A DNA stretch of 64,000 nucleotides, taken from positions 39,004 to 103,003 of the forward strand of contig DF237270.1 of NCBI GenBank assembly GCA_000708835.1. Reading direction: 5' to 3'. Origin of the DNA: Klebsormidium nitens (Eukaryota > Plantae > Klebsormidiophyceae). The notes under the pieces were generated by a model, which saw only the letters and a program-made list of their open reading frames with translations, had not been told where the DNA came from and made no database searches. Every line of letters begins with the position of its first letter. The first letter of the stretch is position 1. Below, in pieces: positions 50,101 to 60,700 of the stretch. The translations under genes and the position numbers were made by a program.

Positions 50101-53100
50101 CGTGTTGTGCTTGACGAGCGTCTTGCTGGGCATGCAGCGCGAGTCGAACTTGCAGTCCACGTCCTGGCACTGGCAGATGTGCGCCCACAGCTGCTTCGCC
50201 TGGCAGAGGGGGAAGAAACGATGGTCAGGAGTGGGTAAAACTTGAAACGAGAGTCTTAGACTATGCACGATAATTGAGTGAACGACTTTTACTCTTACTC
50301 TCTTCACGAGGAGACATAGAACATGTACAATCAAGAGGTCGTTGTAACGAGCCATGACTCGTCCACACTGTCTGCAATATGACTTCCCCTATCCGACCCT
50401 GGATTTGAAATCAAGATCCGACTTCCAAGATGGCTCCTAGAACGGCCTGGCTTAAAGAACGCGTCAAGAGAGGGTTCCGGAAAGCAACAGGCAGGGCCAC
50501 GACTCACAGCTTCAATCACAGTCTAAGCCAAAAGGGACATATCATTGACAAGGGCCCAAGGATTCTTCACAATCCTCTTTACCTGGTGGCAGTGTGCAAC
50601 GGCCGTACACGTCCCCTCCGGCGCAGTACACTTGCTCACGTGCCTCAACAGCAGCAGCCACCGCTGTTGCTTCTGATACTGCTTCTGTCGCATCAGCACG
50701 TCCATAGCCGGCCTTCCGTCCCCACCCACCGGCATGCCCCCCTGCTGCGGAGTGCCCGGTAAACGCCCCCCGGGGGTCGGCGGCGACCCCATGCCCGACT
50801 CAGCGTGCATCAGGGGGGCCCCGTTGGCTGGGCCAGCCGCCCCCCCTTGTTGAGTGGCGGCAATTCGCAAGGCGGCCTGCTGCTGCATCTGCTGCGCTGC
50901 GAGCTTCTCGTTTTGGGCGCTGTGCTGGAGGTTCAACTGAGCCAGCTCGCGCGCGTGTTGTTGTTGGAGGTCGGAAGATCCGTTGGCGGGGAAGGGGGCG
51001 GAGGATTGAGAGGCTTGGGGGGAGAGGAGGCCGTTGAGCTGAGGGTTTGGCGGGGGCAGGCCTGGAAACAAGAAGGTAAACAACTGTCAGACAACAGGAA
51101 CAAACAGGTAGGTAAGTGATGAACCAAGGCATCTGAGTCAAATCGTACTCACAACAAAAAACCAGAAGTCCTGACTTACTTGACATTTCTGCAAGAAAGA
51201 TGAACAGATTCAAAAAGTTGCGGCATTTGGGCTGTTCACCGGCCTTTGTCTTTACTCACAGTGGATTCATACCTTGAATCTCAAACAGGCACATGCGAAA
51301 CCCATCAGAATTGGACACCTGTGCACTGCTTGCATCAAAGTTGGGCCCTATGTGAGAGATGTAACAGAAAAGGGGTGGGAAGAAGGGCATGGTGTGTATT
51401 ATAGTAAACCTCAAAAGCCTAAAGAAACCCTACTTGTGATAAGAGGCAAGCAACGAACGTCCTTTGTTTGTCCGCATAACATCAGAAGTTCATGTTTACT
51501 AAGCACTGATTATCCAAACCTTCAAAACCCTAAACTTCATCAGCCAATGATGACAACTATAAGAAAACAACACATGACAAAACTCATGATCTCCGATTCA
51601 CAACGAAAAGAAGTTTGGTCAAACAAGACCTTGAATCAGTCTGACATAAGCAACGCACCTGTCATGGCAACGCCCGGAGCTCCCCCTTGCCTTGCCTGCC
51701 CTCCGAACCCCATCGAAGCTCCATTGACTCCTTGCATGACAGCCCCCTCCGTAACCCCGTTCACCATGTGATTCCCCACAAGCGGAGTCTTCCCATCAGG
51801 GCCCACGCCGTTTGGGGCTTTCATCAGGGTGCTCTGTGCAGTGTTGCTAGCGCTAGAGAAGAGGCCATTCGCCTGGGCGGCCCCACTGGAAGAGCTGCTA
51901 TGGCCCGGGGTTCCAGGGGTTTGCGAACCGCTCTGAGCGCGGGCTCCGGACTTGGGGACGTGCATCTTCTTTGCAACGTCCTGGAGGCGCACCTCGAGCG
52001 TGCTCACATCGATGTAGTCCGCCTACATCCGAGATACATTTGTGTGAGCGCAATTCGGGGGAGTTCTCATTTTTGGAGAACAGGGATAAGACTCCAAAGG
52101 TGAAGTGTAAAAAGTCCCGAGGAGAGGGGATGTACAAGGGGGAAGGAATCGAGCGTCAAGTAAGAAGAATCTGTTTCAGTGCAGGGTCTTTTAGTATCAC
52201 GCAAGGAAGGGGCAACCAACGCGTGATGTATGTCAACGAACGCTAGGCCTTACTAATTGTTGAAAGATGTGAAGCACTTGGCATTGACGAACCTTCATAA
52301 ACAGAGAGAAACAAGGAGACACCAGGTCTGTGCTGATCTTTGCTTACAACAACCTGACGTCAGACTTCCAACCGAAGAAGTGGGTCATGGTGAGACTTAA
52401 TACAGAAGGCGGACACAGGCTTCTTGGAACAATAAACATCTATGAACTGAAAGTCTGGTGGAGTCGTATGCATTCAGCAGGGATGAAGATGCAAGAGTGC
52501 GAATGAATAGCAGTACTTACCTTGGTGGGAGCATTCCTGTAAAGAGCCTCCTCCAATCTCCGCACAAAGTCTGGAAATTTGATAGCCCATTCTGGAGGAA
52601 AGTTTGGCCTCTTCTTCTTGAACAGATTATAACTGCAGCAGAAGAGTTACAATCATTCAGAAACCTGAGGTTCACCAGAGTTCACCAAAGTTTAACAGAG
52701 TCATCATTCAACAAGATCAGAGTTTGGATTGCGGGCCACCTCAGAAACCTTCAAGAGTAGTAATGCTGACTCCCTGCGTTCTTCCAGAAGAACACAAGCT
52801 TCCCTGCACCAATCTCTGAGTAGGGCACAAGCAACATAATGTTCTGGGATGAAGTAACCAACGTACTGTGACGCAGAACACATTTACATGAGACAGCATT
52901 CTACAAACAGACTTGAGTGTAGAACCATCCTCGAAGGAGAGCTAGTACACTCAGAAATCTACCATGATAGAACCCTAGAAACAACCCTGGTACCCAGTTG
53001 CCTGCCAACTGTTGCAGAAACATCAGCTAATAATCTGGACAGCTGCCTGCAATACATCGTTATCCCACACAAAGAAAGCGACTGGAGGAACAACCTTGAA

Positions 53101-53741
53101 GAAACAGGATTCCAAACAGTAACTTGTTGACAGGTGTTGGGAACAGGCTGCAACCGAAGTCAACCACACGAGACAATTGGACTCCTTCCAGCTGAAGCTA
53201 TGAACTGTCTCTGAAAACTGCGATGCTTTCTAAGAATGCTTGACGTTTGCTGCAGCCCTGCAACCTTGTCATAGCATTGAAGAATAATCAAGGTGCAATC
53301 GACAACCTACACAAACCATCTAAGCTTTCACCCGCATGGGTCTAATGTTGTGCCAAGACCCAGTCACTGACTACTAGATAACACAACTCAGGGTGAGCTC
53401 CAGAGTAGATGCCATCTGCATGACTGCAGGATGCGACAACCTACTAAACTGATAACCAAAAGTCTCTTTGAGGTTGTGTGATCTCAATCAAGTTGATAGC
53501 TAGGCTAGGTGCAAGCTTAACCCAAGTGGGTATGCCTCTCCCTGACACCTCCAGCGCCTCGCCAGATAGGATTTCCAAACAGGATCATTCAGCAGGATCT
53601 GTGAAGGGTTACCCACATGTGTTCAATGAGGACCTGCCGGTCAGGAGTGTCGGCGTCGCTCTGCCATGAGTTCTTCCCCGCTGCTGGCTCTGCCCTCTGA
53701 GGGGCAGCCGGCCTGGGGCCTGGGATTGGTGAGAGCAACAT
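38146..53741 (-). CDS. HAC1: CBP/p300-type histone acetyltransferase (KIX-like N-terminus, TAZ, PHD, KAT11 HAT, ZZ, ZZ, TAZ), ~1363 aa
   Basis: 15 phase-compatible exons: 53741-53617, 52632-52521, 52022-51659, 51061-50583, 50199-49519, 48787-48467, 48065-47787, 47025-46897, 46276-46076, 45469-45152, 44600-44454, 41608-41384, 40165-39891, 39334-39052, 38298-38146. Motifs: [94 protein letters not shown]. Confidence 0.96.
38850..39075. repeat. Three copies of the HAC1 exon 14 end plus donor
   Basis: ccctcaccttgagcagca(t/c)ccaca with intact GTGAGG donors at 39051 (real), 38950 and 38861. Confidence 0.9.
40080..40830. repeat. Five ~160-bp copies of the HAC1 exon 13 acceptor plus first ~75 nt of the exon
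   Basis: YAG acceptors at 40166 (real), 40332, 40492, 40649 and 40805; each copy translates as a variant of [18 protein letters not shown]. Confidence 0.95.
45025..45205. repeat. Recent 112-bp duplication of the HAC1 exon 10 end plus donor
   Basis: 46 nt identical (cctgctggatcatgtcctccgccgcgcccggccagtagtccccgtc); donors at 45151 (real) and 45039. Confidence 0.95.
46628..46820. mobile_element. ~190-bp MITE-like element in a HAC1 intron
   Basis: Terminal inverted repeats match at 20/23 (ccatacctgtatataatttcggc vs ccgtacctgtatttgatttcggc), TA at both flanks (46626-27, 46821-22), AT-rich interior. Confidence 0.65.
47455..47825. repeat. 2-3 copies (~107 bp) of the HAC1 exon 7 end plus donor
   Basis: cccacctgctc...ccgctt...ggcccgcgccc with donors at 47786 (real) and 47679; a more decayed copy near 47520-47570. 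Confidence 0.8.
48750..48960. repeat. Echo of the HAC1 exon 6 acceptor (147-bp spacing)
   Basis: cctggcctttgcccttctg(g/a)gggggcggttgctgca at ~48757 and ~48904. Confidence 0.9.
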
Positions 53742-54725
53742 CCTTGGCCCCTATTCCAACAGCTGGTCGCCAAGGTACGCACAGACTGGCAAACCTACCC
53801 TCGCAACACACAAACCTGTGCCTGGGTACCTATTACTGCAGGGCCTAGTCATAAATGCTCGAGATGCGCATGGCTGTGTGCCCCTTGTAAGTCCTCAGCC
53901 GAGAAAGGTGATGCCTCACACACCCTGACAAGGGCAAGGAACTGTCTGTCTGACGCGTTCAAACCCGTTCCCTTCTCCTCTTACTGCTCACAAGGAAGGG
54001 CCTGATCCAAGGGCAAACAACAACCACGAAACAGGGTCCAATATCACGTGAACAACCTCATGCTTCATCAACCCTAGCACATGCCAGCAGCCCCGGCAGC
54101 CATAGCCAAGGCCTTCCTCGCGAAGCAGGAAACCCTGTTCAAGGTTTTCCGCGCGCAAGTGAATCCGCGACCCAGATTCCAACGGTTACATGTGCAATTG
54201 CTGCTGATTCTGACAGTGATGTAAACGGGGCACAACAAAACACCCGGCCTCAAGCCCCGGGTGAATTTATATTCTGATTTGCGCTGTGCCGTTGTGTTAC
54301 CGAGTGGGTTTTCAGGTCGGGGGTTTTGCATTCACACCATAGCTTTCAGGCCTCTTCCTCGTGGAAATGTGCACAGGTCGATCGTCTTTTCGCGGAATTC
54401 CTGCGGAACGGTTTCGCTCAGGGGACTGCTCAACACAGCTGAGTTTGACACCTGAGGAGGAGGAAGAAGAAGTTTGAAGTAGTCAACACAGCTCTTCGAG
54501 CTCCTTCAAACGTCTCCCGCATTTCCACCCTGCGTCTTCAGCATCTGCAACGATCGTTTATCTGCAACGACTGTCCATGTATACGCGCCAGCCTATCATA
54601 GGACTAGTGTTAGGGGCCCAGGCCCCTGGCAGGGGGCCTCCTGCATTTGGCTGCTTTGGCCAGCATTGACAAGCGCTGATCGAATCGACCTGTCGCACAA
54701 TATCGTAGCCAGTTCCCGAGGAGCC
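53742..54725. promoter_or_regulatory. Probable compact bidirectional promoter and 5' UTRs between HAC1 and CLB1
   Basis: Start codons diverge 984 bp apart. A minus-strand CAG|GT at 54451 and an acceptor near 53837 suggest a HAC1 5' UTR intron. No transcription start is directly visible. Confidence 0.35.
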
Positions 54726-57700
54726 ATGGGGTTCTTCTTCTCGTTCTTCCTTGGTGTCAGCATTGGAGTGGTCATTATGTTTGGCCTTGCATTTTGTGCC
54801 CGCAAGAGGAGCGTCTCCAGAATGCAGAGGGTGAGGCGCGATGTCTGATGGACTTGTGCGCTTGCAACCCTTCTGAATGAGAGGGGCCTGGATCAGGATC
54901 TTGCGGTCGTGTCACAATTCTGCAGCATTGCAAAACTTCTATAGTGATATTTTCGTTTGGAAGAATACTTCTCCCCTTTTGGCTGATGTGAGGTAGGCCT
55001 CTTGTTGGCAATGAAAGAACATGACAAGGCTGCCGTGTGCTCACCCTAGGAAATCCTTGTAGCGGATCAGGCAATGCACCCTTTTGTCCCCAGCTGAAGC
55101 CCATATCCGTACGCTAGCAACCCCCGACTTGCAAATTGTGGCGCCGGTACACACTGATCCACCGAGTTTGCGACAAGTACATCAGCTGGTTTTCATCTTG
55201 ATGTTTCAAAGTCCTACCCCAAGAGTGTAGACCTGATCGCACCAGCGATCACATATCACTTTCCTTGTCTGCTACATTTGGAACAGTTTCACTAAAACGT
55301 ACATCATTGTACAATGTTGCAGGCTGTGGAGATTGCCAGTCTGGCGGCTATTGACATTGCGGGGCTTAAGAAACTGTGCGGGGAGAAGGATGTGCCATCG
55401 TGGATCAACTTCCCAGAGTTCGAGCGGGTGAGTGTGTGTGAGAGTTAACGTCCCGAAGCAGAGCATGGCAGGGTCTAGGGGCAATGGTCAGATAGTTTGC
55501 ATCTTTGTAGATTCTTGTTTACGCCTATTGAATCTTTGTGAAGGTAGTCGTTGATGTCATCACGCTTTCATTGGATGATTGTAAAGTTGTGGTGGTGCGA
55601 CCAACAATCAATGGTCGCAGCGGGTGCGTCTGCATATGCCGCTCTATCATGGTCCGACCTCAGCAGTCGCAAGCAAGTTGGGCGAAGTGTGGCTGGCACT
55701 TCCTACCTTGTCCGTCAGATTGCTAAGCTTCGCAAAAGCTGACTACCAGTCTGCGACTGTATGCTGCGGTCCTCCTTCAAAAGCCTGGTCATGATGATCC
55801 AGAACGGTCAGTGGACCCTGGGGCCTACTTGACTGACTGCTTCACTAACTGAGCCCTTCTATCTCTGAAGTCAACTCCTTTTACCATCTGGACAACGGAC
55901 AAATATGTCCACAAAGCTTAGACCATCTTTTTCTCTCCTCACCGGCCATGTGGCTCAACAAGATGCTCCACGAGACGCCATGTACGTTGACAAGGCCGCC
56001 TTCATTTTCTCAAGTGAATATGTACTTAACAGAGCTCTAAGTTCCTCCCTGTGAAGCATCCCCCTCCCTCTGCTCACAGGTCGTACGTCGTGCTTCAAGT
56101 CATCATGAAAAAAGAAACAGTGTTGCAATGTCCAAGCCTGCAATCTCTCGGCAAAACACATCTCAACTCATGAGGCCACTTTGTGTCGTGGAGGTTCAAG
56201 ACGGAGACCCAAGCAGTTCTGTTAACATCCCTTTCCTTCATCTCGCAGGTCGTTTGGCTTAACAAGGAACTTAAGGAGTTGTGGCCATACGTGAGCAAGG
56301 CCGCGTCAGCAGTTATCAAGGCGTCAGTTGAGCCCATCCTGGCGCAGTACCGCCCCCCCCTCATCTCGAGCCTGCTCTTCACCAAGCTCACCCTGGGCAC
56401 CACGGCCCCCCAGATCGCAGGTGAGAGTGTACTGCCACTTCTTGCAGTCAGTGGGGGTGAGCATTTGTGAGGATTGCCATGTGTCAAAGAGCACTGTGTT
56501 TTATGGACAGTCTGGTCACGAGGCCAGGTCACGTACAACCGTGTCCCGATTGAGGTGATCTGGCCGATTATTGAGGTGACTTGGCCAATGCTTAGGCCGA
56601 GTGCAGTCGGGGTAACTTTCTCGGTCAACTTCCGCAACATGATACAGGTCGGGCACGAATATCATCGTTGATGGGAGAAGGATGATCTTTGCAGACGGGT
56701 CATTGCTGGGACACGGTCTCCATGAAAGATGATTCTGGTTGTACAATTGTCTCTTCAGACACGCAAAGGACACTCAAATCACCAGAACTACTCACGTCCA
56801 CTGTTTTCGTTCATGTATGCTATTTCCAACAACTTCATCTCTCCAGGGGTAAGGATCAAGTCGAAGAAAGGGGAGGAGGTCGTTCTGGAGCTTGACTTCA
56901 AGTGGGGTACGTATTCGCTTCCTCGAGTCTCCAGACCATTCGCCAACGTGTCTCGCCGTAGTTTGATCTGCTTTGCTCCCGCTCAACCGGTGGACTGCTC
57001 TTCCTCTGCATCGTTCAAAGACGGTTGACTTCAGGATGTTTCCGACAGTGAGACGCAGTCCAGGTGCTAAGAATTTTCTCTTATGGGGTTTGCAATCTGA
57101 AAAATTGTACGTGTAGAAGTTGTACGCTTAGACAGTTTATCTCTGTTACCCTGTTCGCACAAAGGTCTGGCCGTATGAAAGTCTCGTACAATCTAGTTTC
57201 GTGCGAAACACGATTCTCTCGGAGATCACTTTGGACACGTTTGCCGACTCTTCAGTATCACCCCTCGATGACCCCGTGAAGGCGAGCTTGCTTGTTTCGG
57301 GAAAACAAACTGGAGACCAAGTCAACACCTCTCTTCAAGGGCAGCCTTCAAGTGTTGCAGCAACGGTGGGTATTGCAGGATTATTTTGCCACAAAATCTG
57401 GGAAACTGACTGGATCTCGCTGGCCGTCCGATGGTGCAGGTGGCAACCCGAGCGTGATCCTGGGCATCAAGACGTTCACGGGCGTGTCCCTGCCCGTGCA
57501 AGTCAAGGACCTCCAGGTCTTTGCGCTCGTGCGCATCTCCTTCTCCAAGTTCACGGGGGAGGCCTTCCCCTGCTTCGGAGCCATGCTCGTCTCGCTCTCG
57601 CAGCGGGTGAGAGATCATCTTTGCGCTCGTTCCTCCTTTGTTGGCCCTTCCTTCAAGTGTTGCTCCGTCTTTCTTTCTCCTCGTTTCTTTCAGACAAAAC

Positions 57701-60700
57701 AGAGGCTGTCTCGGACCATCACCTTATGCCTGTTTCGGAGCCACGCTTGTCTCGCTCTCTGAACAAGTGAGGGTCCCTCGTTCTGTCCTTCCCTCCTCAG
57801 TTGTGTCCCCTTTTCCACTCATCCGTTCGAGGCATAATGGGCAAAGGATCCGTTGCTTTCATGTGTGCCTCATCCTGGCCCTTGCTTTCCATTCTTGTCC
57901 ACGGATGATTGCGCTGCTCCCCGTCAACACTGCTTGAGAAAAAGAGCTTTGAACTGACGTTCGCGCTTCGTGCAGCCTACGATCAACTACACTCTCAAGG
58001 CGGTGGGCGGGAACCTGGGCGCAATCCCCGGGATCCAAGGGATGATCAAGGTGGGAGAGCGCTCCTGTGATTCAATATTGTGTTTCCTTCCGTGTCGTAA
58101 GTTAAGACACTCTCGGCAAGCCTGACGTGTGGCCCAGAGGCCGGCGATGGAACTGGAGCGATCGCCCTGGCGCAAACCATGCGCAGAACGACTAAACTGG
58201 TTCCAGGTTACTTCCGGCAGTTCGACGAAGGTTGGCAATCAGACCAAGAAGACCAGTCTCGTTACAACGGAAGTCTGAAGTTTGAGAAATTTGCTCGCTT
58301 TCAAGAAGCTCCGAGCTGGATTGGAGCGGGAGATGGCCCCTCAAGTGGCGGTTTTTCTCACACCGGCGATGCTGCCCGATCTCCTCCTCAGGCTCGTAAC
58401 TTGCGGCCTGTGAAAAATGAGCCTTGTTGTGCTTTGTTTGCAGGATATCATCGTGAACGCCGTGGAAGATTCGTTGCTGTGGCCACGCCGGTAAGGGCCT
58501 CGTCTTTGGAATCCCACGGCTTTGTGTATCGTAACCAGAAAGGCAGTATTGAGCACTAACCCGATATGACGGGTCACTACTCAAGCTTGATTGATTTCTA
58601 AAACAATCTGCACCGTAATCAAGCCGCTACTAAAGCGAAACAGGCTTCACCGCGCTTGGTTACTCTTTGATGGAAGTTGGACTCTGCAAACACTTGACAG
58701 ATGTCTTTCTTGGTAAAAGTACGGTCGTGGTGCTTGTCCTGCTCGGCGCTTGCGCCGAACTGGAGCTCCGTCCAGTCGCAAGCTGACTAAAAGACACAGG
58801 CTTCACCGAGGTTGGTTATCTCCAAGCGGAAAGGGACTAGCACACAATCTCGTCAGATCAACCAACTTTATCTCCTGAGTCGGAAGCAGGATCGTGGTGC
58901 CCATTTTGCTGGATGACGACTGCGAGGTGGAGCTTCCCTGTGGCCCGTGGAGCCTCCGAAGTAGCTGAACAGGCTTGACCAACATGCATCATTGTCGAAC
59001 GGAAAGAAAAGTTGAACCAACATTCCGGCCGTTGATCCAACCAGTCGTGTTCTTTCTGGACACAGGATCGTGGTGCCCATTCTACCTGGTGACTACCGCG
59101 ACTTGGAGCTCCGCCCGGTGGGGAAGCTGACGGTGGCACTCGTCAAAGCGGAGGGGCTGCGCAATACAGTCACGATGGGCACCAGCGACCCGCTAGCGAT
59201 TGCGTGGGTGCGCCCACTGTTCAAGAACCAGACGCGCAAGGTCAACAACACGCTCACCCCGGTGAGGCCTCTACTCGTTTTCTCCCAGATTAAGTCCTGA
59301 AGCCTGCGGCCCTCGGCTTGTGGAACCGCAGGGACGTAAAGTTGCATTGTCTCCGCTTTCGTTGACTCCGGTGTCCGAGCAAGGTTCCAATTTGTAAGAG
59401 ACTGTGATGCGTCAAGTATGTTCGACCGATTCAGGACCTTCGAGCTCAGTGCTTAGTGCGACAACTCTAGCGCCTGATAAGCATTTCGCAGTCAACTTCT
59501 TAGCGCTACCCATTTCAACCCACTGTCCGCCTCAGCTTGATCCGAGTCACCTGTCCAACTGAATGCTGATTCGCTTTGAAACAGTTCACAGCAAATCTTG
59601 TTTTACGTGCAGGTCTGGGACGAGAGCTTTGACATGGACGTGGAAGACCCCGAGTTGCAAAAGCTGTGCATTAAGGTGAGAGGCCCTTTGAGTTCCATCC
59701 TCAGAGAAGGCGTCCCGAGACCCACGATTCTGGCGAATTGGAGGCATAGACGCCACGTCCTTGGTCGCCATGACTGCTGCAGGTTTCCCGTCCTTGCAGC
59801 TATGCGCGCCATTGAACCTGCTCGCTCACTGCAGCAAGATTGGAGTTGCAAAATTCTTCTTTTGAGCGCCTGCACTCTGTTTATCATTCTTTCTAAAGGT
59901 CACCCGTGCCGGCGGTTTATTTGCCAGAAGTAGGAGCTCTAAACAACTCTGAATATATTTATGAAACATTCGAATTTGTTTCTCAAAACGTAATCACCCG
60001 TTGCATAAGACACGTGGGGGACATTAGAGACCTTAGAGGCCGCTATCGTGAAAGCACTCTGATTGAAACTGCTAATTTATGTAACTAGCCGGACACAACA
60101 ATGCCAACGAGCTCTTGCTAAGAATTGACTCTTACAGAAGATCTAAAAGGAATTCCCAACTTGACAAAAAGGGGAGGTAGGTGAAGTCCGTCTGGGCTTG
60201 GCAGATGCATCACATGCTAGGGCCAACAGCACCGACATCTCCCGAGACGAGAACAGACAAAGTGAACTGCTCCGTACACAAACTTTCGGAATCTCCCCTT
60301 ATGCGTGTCAGGTGCTGGGCTGTGACATGCTGGGCCTGACAGCACCAACTTCTGGCGAGATGAGACACTCGTAGCAAGTCGGGACATGGTCAAAATCTCG
60401 AATGAGAGATTGAGTTTGTACGTAAACCCTCGTCACAGTTGGTGGACTACGACATGCTGGGCCTGACTGCCGCCCCCTTTTGCGAGAAAATGAAGTCCAG
60501 CAGTCGGAGAATGGTCAGCGTGAAACACGCCGGACAAATGCATTTTCACGCTAACACTTAGTGTCAGGTAGTTAATTACGACCGGCCGCCACCTTTTGCG
60601 AGAAAATAGGACTCTTGTCAGTCAGAAAATGGTCAGTGAAAAGCACTCTGAAGAAAAGAAACGCATCTTAACACCAAGAATCTGGTGTCAGGTGGTGGAC